A stretch of 64,000 nt of DNA, taken from NCBI RefSeq assembly GCF_026210795.1, contig NC_089435.1:5084001-5148000 (forward strand). Direction: 5' to 3'. A program made the translations under genes and the position numbers. This DNA comes from Rhizophagus irregularis. Lineage: Eukaryota. Below the pieces are notes generated by a model. It saw nothing but the letters and a program-made list of their open reading frames with translations. It was not told the origin of the DNA and ran no database searches. Each line of letters starts with the position of its first letter. Position 1 is the first letter of the stretch. This document shows, one piece after another, positions 1 to 13,607 of this stretch.

Positions 1-3000
1 TTTAAATTTTTTATTATTCAATTGAAATAAATATAGGTAAAGCAAATATAAAAAATCTGATTTTATCAGAAATTTAGTATTTTTTTTTTTAAACCTCACT
101 TATAGGACAAATTATTTTAATTATTCCATTACATTTTAATTAATCATTCAATTCAATACTAATATTCAAATAACAGCTCTAGTAATTTTATAAATAATCC
201 TCCTAATAATATAAATAATCCATCTATTAACAATCAAAACATGGCCAATAAAAATTATAGTTAAATAGTCTTTTAAATTTTATTTTCAATTAATAACAAA
301 ATATTATCAATTTATTAAAAATTATCCTTGTTATTATTTATAATAAATTATATTTTTCTTATTCTAATTTATGTTCTAATTTTTGTTAAAAAAAAGCTGA
401 AGATAAAAATAATATTTATGTAAAAAAAAGAGGTTAGCTAATAAGTAATATTACAAATTTATCTTATTATGATGTTCTCATTAAAAAGAGTCAATGAAAG
501 GAAATAAAGCAATCCAAAATATGAATATATGGATGATAAGAATAAAGAGAAAAAGAGTATAGTAAATATGAAGGATTTTGAATATGAAAAAACCATGTGA
601 GGTTTATTTTATAAAGAGATTGAAATTAACTCATTAATACCACAAAGTCCAGTTAATAAATATAATTTAATAATAAAGTACATTATGCTATAAGGAAAAT
701 TGTCTGAAACTAAACAGAATAAACTTATATAAGAGACAATTTAACAATCTTTACAAATATTAGAGGATGATAAATATTTTAATAAAGCCTTTGAAATGAT
801 GGAAATTAGACTTTAAGTATGGATATTTTATTATTTAACCATATTTTACAGCAGAAATTTTATATAATATTCCCTTATTGATTATTATCAATCATTTAAA
901 ATGTTTTACATATCAAAGGTTGAAAACTACTAGCAAAAATTTTAAAAATGAATTACATGAAATAGATAATAAAATATTAAAATTAATTCTTCTATAAGAC
1001 TATCTTATACATTTTTCAAATGCTTCAGGAAAATTTCTTGTTTGATAGGAGTTATATTATATGTAATAGCCTATAAAATTCTGGTTCAGCTGTACTTTTA
1101 TTTAGTTTATTCTTATGAATTTTATTATTTCGTACTGGTAGTATAGCTAGGGAAGTTTGTTTTTTATTTTGTAGTAATATAACTACAATTTGATTTTTGA
1201 ATCATTCCTTAGTTTTTGCATTTTGGATATTTGGTTATTCTTTTTCTTCATCTGATTTGTTTTAAGTTTGCTGATTTGTATAGATTTGTATCTCTGGGCA
1301 TCAATTTTTGCAATAGTCATCATCATACTTCTTTAAACTTCCGTTGTATCCAGAATGGGTCCATTTATACAAATCCTCAAATTATTTATTCTAATGTAAA
1401 CCTTTGTTGTAGTCTTCTAATACAAAATATCATACCAATTTCCTATAATATGGCAAATATCATTCATAGCATTAAAGCTTTTCTCACCAACATCATTTTC
1501 TGCTTTTATTTTAAATATTCACAAACTTTTGCACCATTCATAATAATTTGTGTGCCACGGATCTAGTAATAATTAAGTTTAATATATCTAAGTATCTCTA
1601 TTAGACCAAAATATACATACTTTTTTTTATACTTACAGTATATATAGTTACTTTGCTCCACAAATCTTCAGGAACGTTTGAACATTTATATGAACCATCC
1701 AAGTAACATCATTAGGATCTATCCTTTCATTAGGATCTATCCTTTTTTTTTCAATACATTTTCCACTTTGTTTGAAAAATTTTTGCGAATTTTAACAAAG
1801 GATAAAAAAGAATATAAGTCAAAATTATTCATTATAGGAGAATTTATCAATAAAAATGGATCACAATTTTCAATACATCGATACATATTAATTATGTGCT
1901 ATTTTTATCGGTGAATAGTGATCATCACCGGTCTCATGTGATTGCAATTTTTTGGCCAGCCTTACAGCCTTACAGCTTTACGGCATTACAGCATTATAGC
2001 ATTACAACATTAGGAAAATTAATCAAATAGGGAGCGAGACCACTGGTGATACGATTGATACGTGGTAATTTTCTTTCAATAAAAGAATGTGTAATAATAA
2101 AAGAAAGTGTAATAATAAAAGAATGAGTAATAAATATATTTTAAATAAATAAGAATATATCCATGAAAATAATATAATTGAAATAAATAATAAATTACAT
2201 TATATCTTCCAATTGCCGTTAAGCCATTTGTAACTGTATAAGCCGTTTTTAAACCGAATCTAAAAAAAAAAAAAATTCTTAATTAAGTAAAAAATGATTC
2301 TTTACAAATTGGTAATCCATATAATTTAGTCTAAAAGTTGGGGAAACTGATTTTAAATGTTGTCAATAAAAATTATTGGACAATCGGAAATTTTGAAAAC
2401 TTTAATTTTTTTATTATTGAGTGTGCGCAATTGGGCAATAATTATTATTTTTTTTACGGGTTTTTTTTTGGGCAAAAAAAAAAATAAAAGCATTTTATTT
2501 GTCAAAAAAGCTGTATCACATAAAACGCATTGACCTTATCTAAAAAAAAAATATGAAGCTAATAAATTCTTAAAAAGAATAGACAAAATTTAAGACATTG
2601 TTAAATAATTTTTGACACATGTCAAACGAGAGAAATTATGGAAATAATTTGCATATTTATTTATCATTTAAAGAAAAAAAGGGGGGGGATTATTATTATT
2701 ATTATTATTATCTTTTTTTTTATTGGTAAAATTGGTAAAAAAAAAAAGTTGAATGAAATGTTATAATCAGATTGTTTCACATATGAATCTCATTCGACAT
2801 TCAAACATTTTAGGAAAAAAAAATGAAACCAAAAACGCGTCTTTATAAATATATCAATAAACATATATATGTATATATATTTATTACAATTATTATCATT
2901 TTTTCTAAAAATATCTACAAAAAAAAAATTCTAATTTAAAAAAGAAACAAAAGAAAAGAAAAAAAAGAAAAGAAAAGAAAAGAAAGTAATCTAAATTGAA

Positions 3001-3094
3001 TGAATATATTTATATTGAAATGCAAAAAAAAAAGAAAAAGTAAATACAAAGAAGTTAATATGAAACAAATAATTATTTTATGTTAATATGATAT

Positions 3095-3636
3095 TTATTG
3101 AAAATCTTTTTTGGAAGGTCCAGGATTAAATATAAGAGAAACCACGTGAGATTGAAAACGGTGAACAATAAAGCCTTTGTTATAAAACTTTGTTTACGAA
3201 TTTTATGGCGACAAACTAAATATAAAAAAATTCACGTAATGAGAAAAAATCAATTTCAAACAAGTAAACAAATGTAAAAAAATATGAACTTACCAAACAT
3301 ACTAAGCCATCCACCAAAAACTCCTATAATTTGATCATATGTTAAGAATATAATAAAAATAAATTAATCATTAAATTATCATTATTTTTTACCTGTTGTC
3401 CATAACCACCATAATAATTCGCGTTCAGGTGTTCTCCAATTATGAAGTTTTGATTGTTGTTTATCAAACCAGAAAACGAACCATGTTACTACATTTATAA
3501 CAACTATTGGGGGAGCTACTGTTTGAACTCCAATTACGAACGCGACTAATAAAAGGGGGAAGAAATTTAGGCCATTTCTCGTTCGGTTTACGCGCAAGAC
3601 TAAAGAATTAATTACCTTTAGAATCATAATAACCAT
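3095..3636 (-). CDS. DUF1294 (YsdA-like) membrane protein, 3 exons (3636-3393, 3323-3294, 3215-3095)
   Basis: Splicing at GT-AG sites gives ...VVINVVTWFVFWFDKQQSKLHNWRTPERELLWWLWTTGVFGGWLSMFVCRHKIRKQSF..., matching the DUF1294 pattern IN..TF.....DK..A....WRIPE..L......G..G..L.M...RHK..K. The start is uncertain because a splice acceptor lies just upstream. Confidence 0.8.
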
Positions 3637-5487
3637 GTCTTCTACCTAAAAAATGTAAAAGTGTTGTTGCTTTTATAACTTGAAATCCGAGCCAACATGT
3701 TAACATTACGCGAAAAGTTGGAAGAATATTCGTTCGCGCCACTTTAGTCATTTTTAAGTTTCGTTTAATAAAAATTTTTGAGATTTTATTTATTTATTTA
3801 TTTATTTTTTTTGAAAAAAAAAGTGAAAAGTCTGTCTTTTTTTTTTTATCTCTAAAATTGATAGCGAAAATCTCAAGCTTTTATAATAAATGAACAATTA
3901 AAAATTTTTTTTCCTTCCTTATTATTAGATCAATTTAATTCCCTTACGATTCAACAAATTAAAATCAAGAAAATATAAAGAACAATTATGATTAAACATT
4001 AATGTAAATAAAAAAATTTTTTCAAACATAACATTTATGCATAAAATTTACAATAAAATAAAAAAATTCCTTAATTGAATCTAAAGAAAAAAAAAAATTT
4101 TTTTTTTTCCACAAACATCAGTTCAGCCATTATGTTGACTTTATGACATAATATATTCCTTATTTCACATTATATTATACATAATAGAATTTACACATAT
4201 TGTTTATTTTACCTGATTCTGATAAAGTCAAGGATTAACCCATTTAAATAAGTTGATCGGCCGTATAATTTTAATGGATTACTGCGCCAAATATGCCAAA
4301 TTATAATGTAATTCTTTAATTCGAATCAAATTTGTCTGATTCGAAAACTTTTTGTAAAAAAAAAAAAAAAAAAAAATTATTTAATTCTCAAATGGCTTGA
4401 AAAAAAAAAAAAATGGCGTGAGCAAAAAATAAACAAAGGGAGACGCCAAATGTATTATGGCAATAAAAAAAAATATGTATATTAATACGTATAAGTAATT
4501 TTTTTTTTTTAATAACGCACGCGTTTATTTATAGAAATAGACGAATGAAAAAAAAATCACGTAAATTGAAACTTTTTAGTTTTAGAGAACCCTGAATTCC
4601 CTAATTCACGCTTATTTTAGAAAAAGCGGTTTTTTTTAGCGTGTAAAATCATTGATCGCGTAGCAAATCATTATTTCATCTAATTATAAAAAAAATTAAA
4701 ATTTTGAACCAAAAGTTATTAATAAACAAATAGTGAAAATCAGGTTTATCTTTATTTATTTGTTTATTTAATAAATTTTCAATCTCTAAAATTTTAAAAT
4801 TTTTTCTTCTAATAGAAACTCTTTAGAAACATTCATCAGTGAGTTAAAGAATTAGAAAAAAGTTAGATATAAGATATTCTTTACAAATAATTACCAAAAA
4901 TGTAACTCATAAGAAGCGCCAGCAAAGCAAATAAATGAATTAACACGGACAACGATAAACAATTAAACAAACATTACTGTAAAGTGAATAAACATAACAA
5001 TGAAATATTGTACAATGAAATTTATAATATTTTGGTATTCTAAAATTGATTAATTCTTTTTAAGATTCATTCATCAGTTTTTTACGTTTCATATAACTCT
5101 TATAAAACAATGACTTCATTATATAAAACCCGGGTGAAATTACTGAAATATTCATTTTATGTACCTTCTCACGTGTGATCTAATCTAGAATAATTTTAAG
5201 TTCGTGCTCCCATCTCTTGAAACATCAATCATTTTTTTAATCTTCCTTTTTTCACTCGTTATAATATATGTTTTTTATATTACAGAACATACAGCAGTTA
5301 CTTCACATACAGCATTACTTCACATACAGCATTTACTAGTAATTTAAAGTCAAAGGTCTCACTTCACATAAAAATTTATATTATTTTAACTAGCTAATCC
5401 TTTTTATTATCCATTTATCCATTATGGTATCATCAAGTATTAATTTTGAATGGTTTCATTGTGCTTGAAATTAAATGTTCTTGGTAA

Positions 5488-5582
5488 TTTAATACTTTTA
5501 ATACTTTTAATACTTTTAATACTTTTAATACTTTTATTACTTTAATACTTTAATACTTTTACTTTTAATACTTTTAATACTT
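5488..5582. repeat. Tandem 9-mer (aatactttt)n, about 10 imperfect copies
   Basis: Directly visible periodic repeat. Confidence 0.9.
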
Positions 5583-6241
5583 CCTTATATAATTTCCTTA
5601 TTTAATTTATCTAATCCTTGTTTGGTCAAAATCTGCTCCTCATTGTGCTTTGTATTTATGAACTTTAATCTTGTTTAATAATGTGAGGGCTAAATAATTT
5701 GTTGATGTGTTTTGCATTGGTTTGTCAGTTATTTATAATTATATATCCTTTATTAGCTACAAGTTTGTTTTAAACCAAAATGTTCAACTTATCCAATACC
5801 ATTTAATCATAATTCTACTTTTGTGTGGCGAAAAATACCCATGTTTATCCAACCAGGGGGTTGTTTAATTGTTTGATTTTGATGTATCTATAATGTGAAA
5901 ATTGTTAAATATATTGAATATATATTTTGTATTTAAATTTTAAGTAGGTGATTTATATATTGTATAATGTAATATTCCCTTTGATTCAAAGTAAATATAA
6001 TTATATAATTTTTTTTTTTTCATTATTATAAAAATAGCTGTGTATCAAGCTTTTTTAGGGCGATACGGTAGTACAATCATGTCGATCATGTGAATACGTG
6101 ATTTGTCGTGAATTTTTGTTGTGATTATCAATCTTTTCGTTTTTTTCGAGACTTTACGTTTTTTTTTTATGATAAAATTTTTTATAAAATCAAAAAAGAT
6201 AATTATTTCTTTTATTTTTACATAAAGAATATAATAAAAAT

Positions 6242-8018
6242 ATGAAAACAAGTTCCATAACCACAGAATTAGGAACTCCTTTAAGTTTTTCCTTTGCAAA
6301 TTTTATACCCAATTCAAACAATTTAAAGAATCAAAAAGTTACAAAACCTACTTTTAGTCATTTAAATTTAGAAAATGATATAGATAAAGTTTTACAATCA
6401 ATGAAACAACAATGTGAAATAGAATACGCAAAATTAAATGAAGTATGAAAAAAAAATTTCGTTTATTTTAAAAAAAAACGCGTAAAAAAAATAATTTATT
6501 TATTTATTTTTATTTTTATTTTTTTTAGTTAACTTCTAAAATAAAACATTTCGAACATACAAATAATTTATCTGAAAAAGATAGGGTAAAAAAAAAATAT
6601 TCATTTTTTAATTTCTTTTTTTTTTTACTCAATAAAATATTAATTCTTATTATTTCTTTTTTACTCAAAATATTATTTGGTATTATTTGGTATTATTATC
6701 ATTTTTACTCAAAATATTATTTGGTAAAAATAAGAGAATTGCTTTATTGAAAGCTGAAGAACAAATATTAGATGAAGAAATTGAAGAACAAAAAAAAAGT
6801 ACTTGATTTACTACTTTCTTTTAAAGAATACTTTTATTCATTAATTAATTTATTTTTAAATTTTTAGATCAAAAAATCTTAACAACTAAACCTCATGTAC
6901 TTTGTGAATTATCTGTTATGAAACATATTCAAGAAACTATAGAACAATATAATAAATTAATACCGCAAATACATAAAGAAATAGATGAATCAAAGGAACA
7001 AATTGAAAGGTATAATTTTTTTTTTTGACTTATATTAAAGAAATCGGATTGATTAAATTTATTAGTTATTTTACAGGGAGAAAAATTTATTAAGTGAAAG
7101 TGAAATTATTCATAATGTCTTACTGAATAAATTAGAGAAACTTCAATTGGATGAATCGGATGATGAATCTGAATCTCAATCAGAAATAGGGTATAATATT
7201 ATTTTTATTTATATTTTTAATATTTTTTAATTTTTTTTTTTAAAAAAAAAAATCATAATAATGGGTCCTTTGCAATAGAAAGTCGAAAAATATTCAATCA
7301 TTGTTTTAATCCTAAATTTTTGGACGTAGAAACATTTTTGGTAACATCTTTTATCAATTCTTAAGCACCTTTCTATTGCAAAGGGCTCAATTTAAAATTG
7401 TACTTTATAAATTAACATAATATTATTTATTTATATAAAAATAGTGCTATAAGGCAAGAGCTTAGATCTATCAAAAGTAATTATAACATGTTAATGGATG
7501 AACTAAACGATTTTATCGACACTAATTTCCCACCGCCAAACTTTGAAAAAGATGAAGTAGATGAAGTATGTATAATTTTCTTTTCTTTTTTTTCCTTCAT
7601 TATACATGACTAAGTATTTATTATCTTTGTAAGATGGTGATAGATGATAATAAAGATGATGATGAAAATGAAGATGAAGATCGTGCTGAAGGCGAAGATG
7701 AAGTTCATGCCGAAAATGAAACTCGAAATAAAAGATTTTTAACTCTAAAAGACATGTTGGAGGTATGTTATGAATAAACTTAATAAACTTAATATACATG
7801 ATGGAACTATGGTTATAATCACGTAATATTATTAACTAATAATAATATTAAAATAGAATCTAATGAATCAGACTTATAATAATCCCAACAATCCTTATAT
7901 AACGTTTGATCCGGAGAGAATATGGCCTCCTTATGTTGAAACGTTAATTCGTTCCGGAATTGCCAAAAGGAACCCAAATGATGCCAATATGCTCAAATTA
8001 GTTGAATTTCATTTATAG
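6242..8018 (+). CDS. CENPK: Centromere protein K (CENP-K) family, multi-exon
   Basis: Coiled-coil exons, then C-terminal LKDMLE|NLMNQTYNNPNNPYITFDPERIWPPYVETLIRSGIAKRNPNDANMLKLVEF, matching the CENP-K motif LE.L.N.....P.DPY......WPPYVE.L.R.GIA...P.D....L..F. Confidence 0.8.
7263..7388. mobile_element. 126-bp MITE inside a CENP-K intron
   Basis: TIRs gggtcctttgcaatagaaag / ctttctattgcaaagggctc (18/20 match), flanked on both sides by aat. Confidence 0.75.
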
Positions 8019-9115
8019 ATCAAATAATTTTGATACATAGTTATGAGAAGTGTGACTATGTGAATTAAAAAAAAACACTTGAATTACATGTGAATTAAAA
8101 AACACTTGAATTACAATAAAGCAATATAAGTATTTGTTGTAGATTTGATTGAATTTGATGATTTGTAAAATTCTAAATTTTATATTTATTTTTTTTTAAA
8201 AAAAAAAACCGTTGAAATTCAATTTATAATGATTACCTATACGGTTATACAGTTCCAAAATTGAATGATGTAGATAATAAAAATATATTATGAACAAGAT
8301 GATTTATGCAAAATAAAAAATTATTTTATTTTATTTTGTTGACAAAAAAAAAATGAATGATTGTTTATATATTAAAAAAAAAAAAAATTGATATTGCTTG
8401 AGAAAATTAAATATTAAATGATGAAATATTAATTTTTTGGTTGATGTAATCATGTAAACACAAAATTATGTAAAATAATAATTTTTATTGTGTTTTTTTT
8501 TCTTTCCTTTTCTTTCTTATCCTTTTTTTTTGAAAAGATTTAATAATGATTGTTCATATATTAATAAAAATTGATTGAATTGCTTGAAAATAAAAAAAAA
8601 TATACTAAATAATAATAAAAAAAAAATGAATGGTAATAAAATTTTGGTTGATGAAAAGTTCTCAATGTATGTAATGAGCAAGATAAGTTGAATGTCTTCT
8701 ATATATCCTACTACAATCTTTGTCTTCTCTTTTTCTTTGAGAAGTTTCCGTTTATAAAAAAAAATTACAATGCAACAATATGCAAAAATAGTAATTAATA
8801 AATACAATCTAATCAACAACCACCAGCCCATGACTAACATTTAAAGTGAAAAAAAAAAGAAAAAAAAGTTGATTAGAATCCAAAAAAAATTTTTTTGAGG
8901 AATCGAAAAAACTTTTTGAACAGTGATGGTTCTTGGAAGCTTTCAATGATTGAAATCGGACCTCCCAATTCCAATTCCTTCCAATATTTACAATAGTTTT
9001 TCAATACACATTATTTTATATATACATATACATATATGTATAAACTTTCCAATGAACATCGCTGCTTTTGAGTATTAATACTTTTAAGTATTAATTTATG
9101 AAGCCTCACCTCATT

Positions 9116-10169
9116 TTAATTCCCTCTTGCTCTTTCAATCGCAGAAACATTTGCTTCAATTGTTGAAAGAATATTATCCCAAGAAATAAAAAGTTCCGAG
9201 AGAGTATTAACCTAAAAAGAAAATTTTGAATCAAAGAGTTTATAACAAAGAATAAATCATTTCTGCACAAATCTAAATTATATTTTTTTAAAAAAACATA
9301 CAATTCCATTATATTTTTCTAATAAACACGTTGTACGAGCAGATGTTTCATTCGCTTTTGCAGCTTGATCAATGTGAACAGTTTCAATTGGTGTAAGTTT
9401 AGGAAGGAATTTTTCAAGATCTAAACAAAATATTATCAAAAGTTTAGGTTTGAACTTACATATATACATAATCATATTAAATAAATTTTTGAATAATACC
9501 TTTAAATTCTTGAGCTTCAATTATTGGTTGCAATTCATCAATTAGTTTCAAATTTTCAGCAACCAATTTTAGTTCCTCAGATGAAGAAGAAATAATTTCT
9601 GCTTTAGCTTCAGGTGTCAAAATAACTCTTTCCATTGCAAGTGCAGAGTCTTTAAAAGGAGACACGCATTCTGACACCTGGTCGTCTATATTAATATCAA
9701 GATTAGTATAAATAGACAAAATTTTTTTAAAGGAAACTCGAATATCTTTAATAAAATATTTACAAATTTCGAGAAACGATTTCAATCCATCAGCTCCATC
9801 ACGTTCCCGTATAATTGTGTTAAATTCCTTCTTGATTTCGTCAACCCTTTTTAGTAAGGAAAGTTGTTCTTTAAATTTTTCGTGTACCGAAGCTTTTTTA
9901 GTAATAGGGTCAAACCCAAGGATCGACTTTTCTAAATGATGAACTCGAAAATCCAAAGTCGAAAGACTTTGTTGTTCAAGTATTGTATTATCAGCGTTAA
10001 CCATGTTTACAGCGGTTAGTTTTTCTGCTTCTATTCCTTTGTAATCGTCGTCGTCGTCGTATTCGTCTTTAAGCCAACCGTTTGTTTTAGCAGTTTCAAT
10101 ATTTTCTAGAAATAAATTCTTTTGTTCTTCTAATAAAGAAAGTCTTTTTACAAGTTCCACCCTTTCCAT
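9116..10169 (-). CDS. DCTN3: Dynactin subunit 3 (p22/p24)-like, 4 exons (10169-9764, 9685-9500, 9420-9302, 9211-9116)
   Basis: Spliced protein contains LDFRVHHLEKSILG, AKAEII, and C-terminal LLEKYNGIVNTLSELFISWDNILSTIE, typical of DCTN3. Confidence 0.75.
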
Positions 10170-10654
10170 GGCATAGCGATTTTTTGATTTTTTTGGTGCT
10201 TATTTATCTGACCCCGGCTTTTTTCAGGGTGGCCTTTTTATAGGTAATTTGCATGAGAATTTTTGCCGTAGCAATTTTTTTAATTTATTTTATATATTAA
10301 CTTTTTGTGCAAAACAATGTATCACATAATATAAATTTATTATGCTTTGTAGCAAAAAAAAGCATTATTAACATGGTTAATTTGTATTTATATTAATAAA
10401 TTCTTTTTACATTTAAAATTCTCATTTAAAATGATATTATAAAGTAAATTCAAAAATGAAAAGGAAAAAGAAGTAAAATTGTAATATTAGGCATAAGGAT
10501 TCATATGTAGCTATTAATGTATTGATTTTAAAATGAAGATAGAAAGCTTTTTTTTTGATAAAGGATTATAAAAGCTTTAACAACCAAATAAAATTTCCAA
10601 TCAACCGATTTTTAAACTATTCTAATCAAAACTAATTATTTACTTAAAATCAAT

Positions 10655-11718
10655 CTAGTAAGGAGCGAAAGTGGCACGTCGTCCTCTAAAACAATAATAA
10701 AAAGATAATTAATAATAAAAAAAATAAGGTTTAATAATCATCATTTATGATTTACCTTGCGCGACCTCTGAATGTTGGACTATAATAAGCACTACCATGT
10801 CCATAATATCCACCGCGCCAAGCAGCACGGGCACCTCTTCCACCTCTACCTCTAGTATAACCTGGAATATTTGTGCGCTTTGCTGTAACCTGAAAATTCA
10901 TAATATTTAATAAATTGGTTGAAACACGAAATTTGAGAAAAATTAATTATTATTATATTACCTTGATCGCTCGTCCACGCAGTACTGAATTGTCTAACGA
11001 CATCGCGTTAGCCACTAAAGAAGGATCTGCGAATTCCACATAAGCATATCTATATATTCAAATGATATCTCTTGTCAATGAATAATTATTTTATCAATAT
11101 ATAAATTTTTTTAAAATATTTTATACCCTTTAGGATGCCCACTCCATTTATCACAAAGAATAGTAACACGGTTTATTGTACCACAAGACTGAAAATGATT
11201 CTGTAAATCTTCAGGGGTAGCAGCGTAATCAACCTATACAAATTTAAAATCAAATTTTATTATAAATTTCATTTCATTTCCTTTTCCTTTTTTTTTAAAA
11301 AAAAAAACTCACATTTCCAACATAAATCGATCGTGCGTCGATTGCCTCCTTATCTTCTAAAAGGTTTATAAAATAAATATTAAAATCTTAATTTTTAGGA
11401 GAATCAATACATTAATCAATAATAAAGTTAAATACCAGCCTTCTGAAGTAAGATTCATTTCTTTTTCAACTTGAGCTTGCATTTCACGGAGTTTAGCCGC
11501 TTCTTCTTCCATTTCCTTAACCCGTTGTTTCATTGCCTCGAGCTCCTTTACCAAAGAGATAGTGTGAAATGTTCCATCTCGACAAAATAATAAATACGAA
11601 ATGATTAAAAGTATTAAGTTGGAATAATTTTTACCGCTTCAGCATCTTCAGTAACGTCTCCTTCTTCATGATGTTCTTGATTTTCTTCAATTTGAACAGC
11701 TGGGTTTTCATCAGCCAT
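10655..11718 (-). CDS. PABPN1: Nuclear poly(A)-binding protein (PABPN1/Pab2), 7 exons
   Basis: [23 protein letters not shown] coiled coil; [15 protein letters not shown]...[35 protein letters not shown]-rich tail ending FAPY. Confidence 0.95.
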
Positions 11719-13607
11719 GGTTGATAATATAATTCAAGATGAAAAGATAGAAAAAACTTTTCATCCAAGAATTCCATAGAAGGTAGGGGTTTGATTTAGA
11801 TATGTTTATAACTTAATCATTGATTTGTAGAGATCATAAAGAATTCCATGAGCAACGAGCGATAAGACCAAAATATGAAGAGTCCATCGTTTATTTGCTC
11901 ATGGACATCCAATTTTATTATATGCACTCGTGGTTGTTCAGTAAAACCTTGTTTTGAACAGCCAAAAAGTGCGAACGCGGACGAAATAAAAAACAAGGGT
12001 AGCAAAAAGCAAAGTGTTAAAAGACTCAAACCAGATAAAAAACATACCAAATGTTATTATATACAAAGACAAGTATTTTTTTTTGCTTGATGTCGCTGGA
12101 TTATTTTTTAAGATCCTATTTTTGTATATTTTTTCAAGTTTTTTTTTCTGTTATTTTTTGACTTTTCTTTTTATTCTTTTACAATTACTTTTTTAAACGA
12201 CATCGAAGCATTTTTGCTGAAAAAACCGAAAAATTACAAACCAAATATTGTCAGATCAAAGCTAGGTAATTCCTGTAAAAAATGAGAGAGATTCAGAAAG
12301 GCTTGTATATCAGTTCTAAAAAATTTCAAAAAGGTAAATATAACACTATAAGATGAATCGTCACAAGTTTGAGTTTGTGTAACTTACAGTGAATATAAAT
12401 ACAACCAACCATCTCCCTGTTATTTTAGTGAAAAACAAAGCTTAAGGAAATTATAAAATATCATAAATATAATTGTAAAAACGCGCTTATTATGTTAAAT
12501 TGAATACCAAAAAGAAGGTCAACATTCTTTTCTAGTTTCGACATGAATATCGCGTTTTTTGAGCTTTGTGGTAAAATTGGTAAAATGGAAAATTCGAATT
12601 GATGCTGACTACACTAGATCAACAATGTTTTTTTTGATCACTCTAATGCATCAAACGCGGAAGGGGTTAAGACAGTTACGGTAAAATCTTAATATAGATT
12701 TAATTTATTGTAAATTGTAAAAAAAACAATTAACAAAATTTATTATTAATTCTATTTAGAAAGACCGATTGACGGTTATTTTGTTGTTTCGGAGAAACCT
12801 TGTACAATCGTGTATTAAATTATTATTATTATATTAATGAATTTTAAAAAATTCATTGATAAAATAACTAATGTTTGAATTATATAATTACTGTACATAA
12901 AAACGAAATTATTTATTATGCTTGAAGGATGAAAAAAGTTAATTTATAACTTTTTTGTAAAACTTGAAACGTATAATATGCTAACTGAAATTCAAACCTT
13001 CTAATGGAACTTTCGAAGAGTACCTTCAGTTAATAAATTTTTACGAAACAAAAGAATTACTATTGATAGTAGCAATCATAAGAGTAGGTTACCGTATTAG
13101 TTAATGATTTGTATACATGTAAATAAATAGTATTTAAATATGTTGTAATATAAAAGAATTATGAAACAATAAGCCCTTCTTTCTTCTCTTTATATATTAG
13201 TTCTGTATCATAATTATGCAATCTTTTGCTTTATTGTAATTCTCTTAACTTTTTACATCGAAAACCTTTTATGTGCACAATGATTAGCATAAAATCACGT
13301 GATAAGAATATTAATTATTGGGCCAATGGTAATCTAAATATTTACAAACGGCTGAGAGCTTGTGACACTTAACCTATCTAGGGATGGTGAATATGTATAA
13401 AATTATTTAATCGAAATTTCCAATATATTAATTATATAAAAAAGACAAATTAACTAACCAATTTACTTCATTAAGGTTTGAATATAAATAGATTAGGCCA
13501 ATCATTAACAGTTTGGACTTCCTCTATATTAGTTTCTTTAATACTCATTTAAACTGAAATTTTCTCTCTCACTTTTTCCTCAACAAACATAAAAAATTTA
13601 AACAAAT

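Noticed and set aside
1..2050. ORFs 1216-1566 and 1678-1914, stop-riddled coding-like stretches, and a (ttacagc[a/c])n repeat at about 1960-2010
   Set aside because: Probably a decayed repeat or transposon, but I recognise no protein motif or paired termini, so it was not called.
6045..8840. ORFs 6045-6299, 7503-7799 and 8517-8840 on the minus strand
   Set aside because: Antisense shadows of CENP-K or low-complexity AT-rich frames with no motifs.
10487..10512. Possible alternative last exon of PABPN1 (LHMNPYA*)
   Set aside because: Out of phase with the last donor; no supporting evidence.
11817..12820. Short ORFs and splice-like signals divergent from PABPN1
   Set aside because: I could not assemble a continuous reading frame. 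It may be a non-coding transcript or a relic, but this is unsupported.
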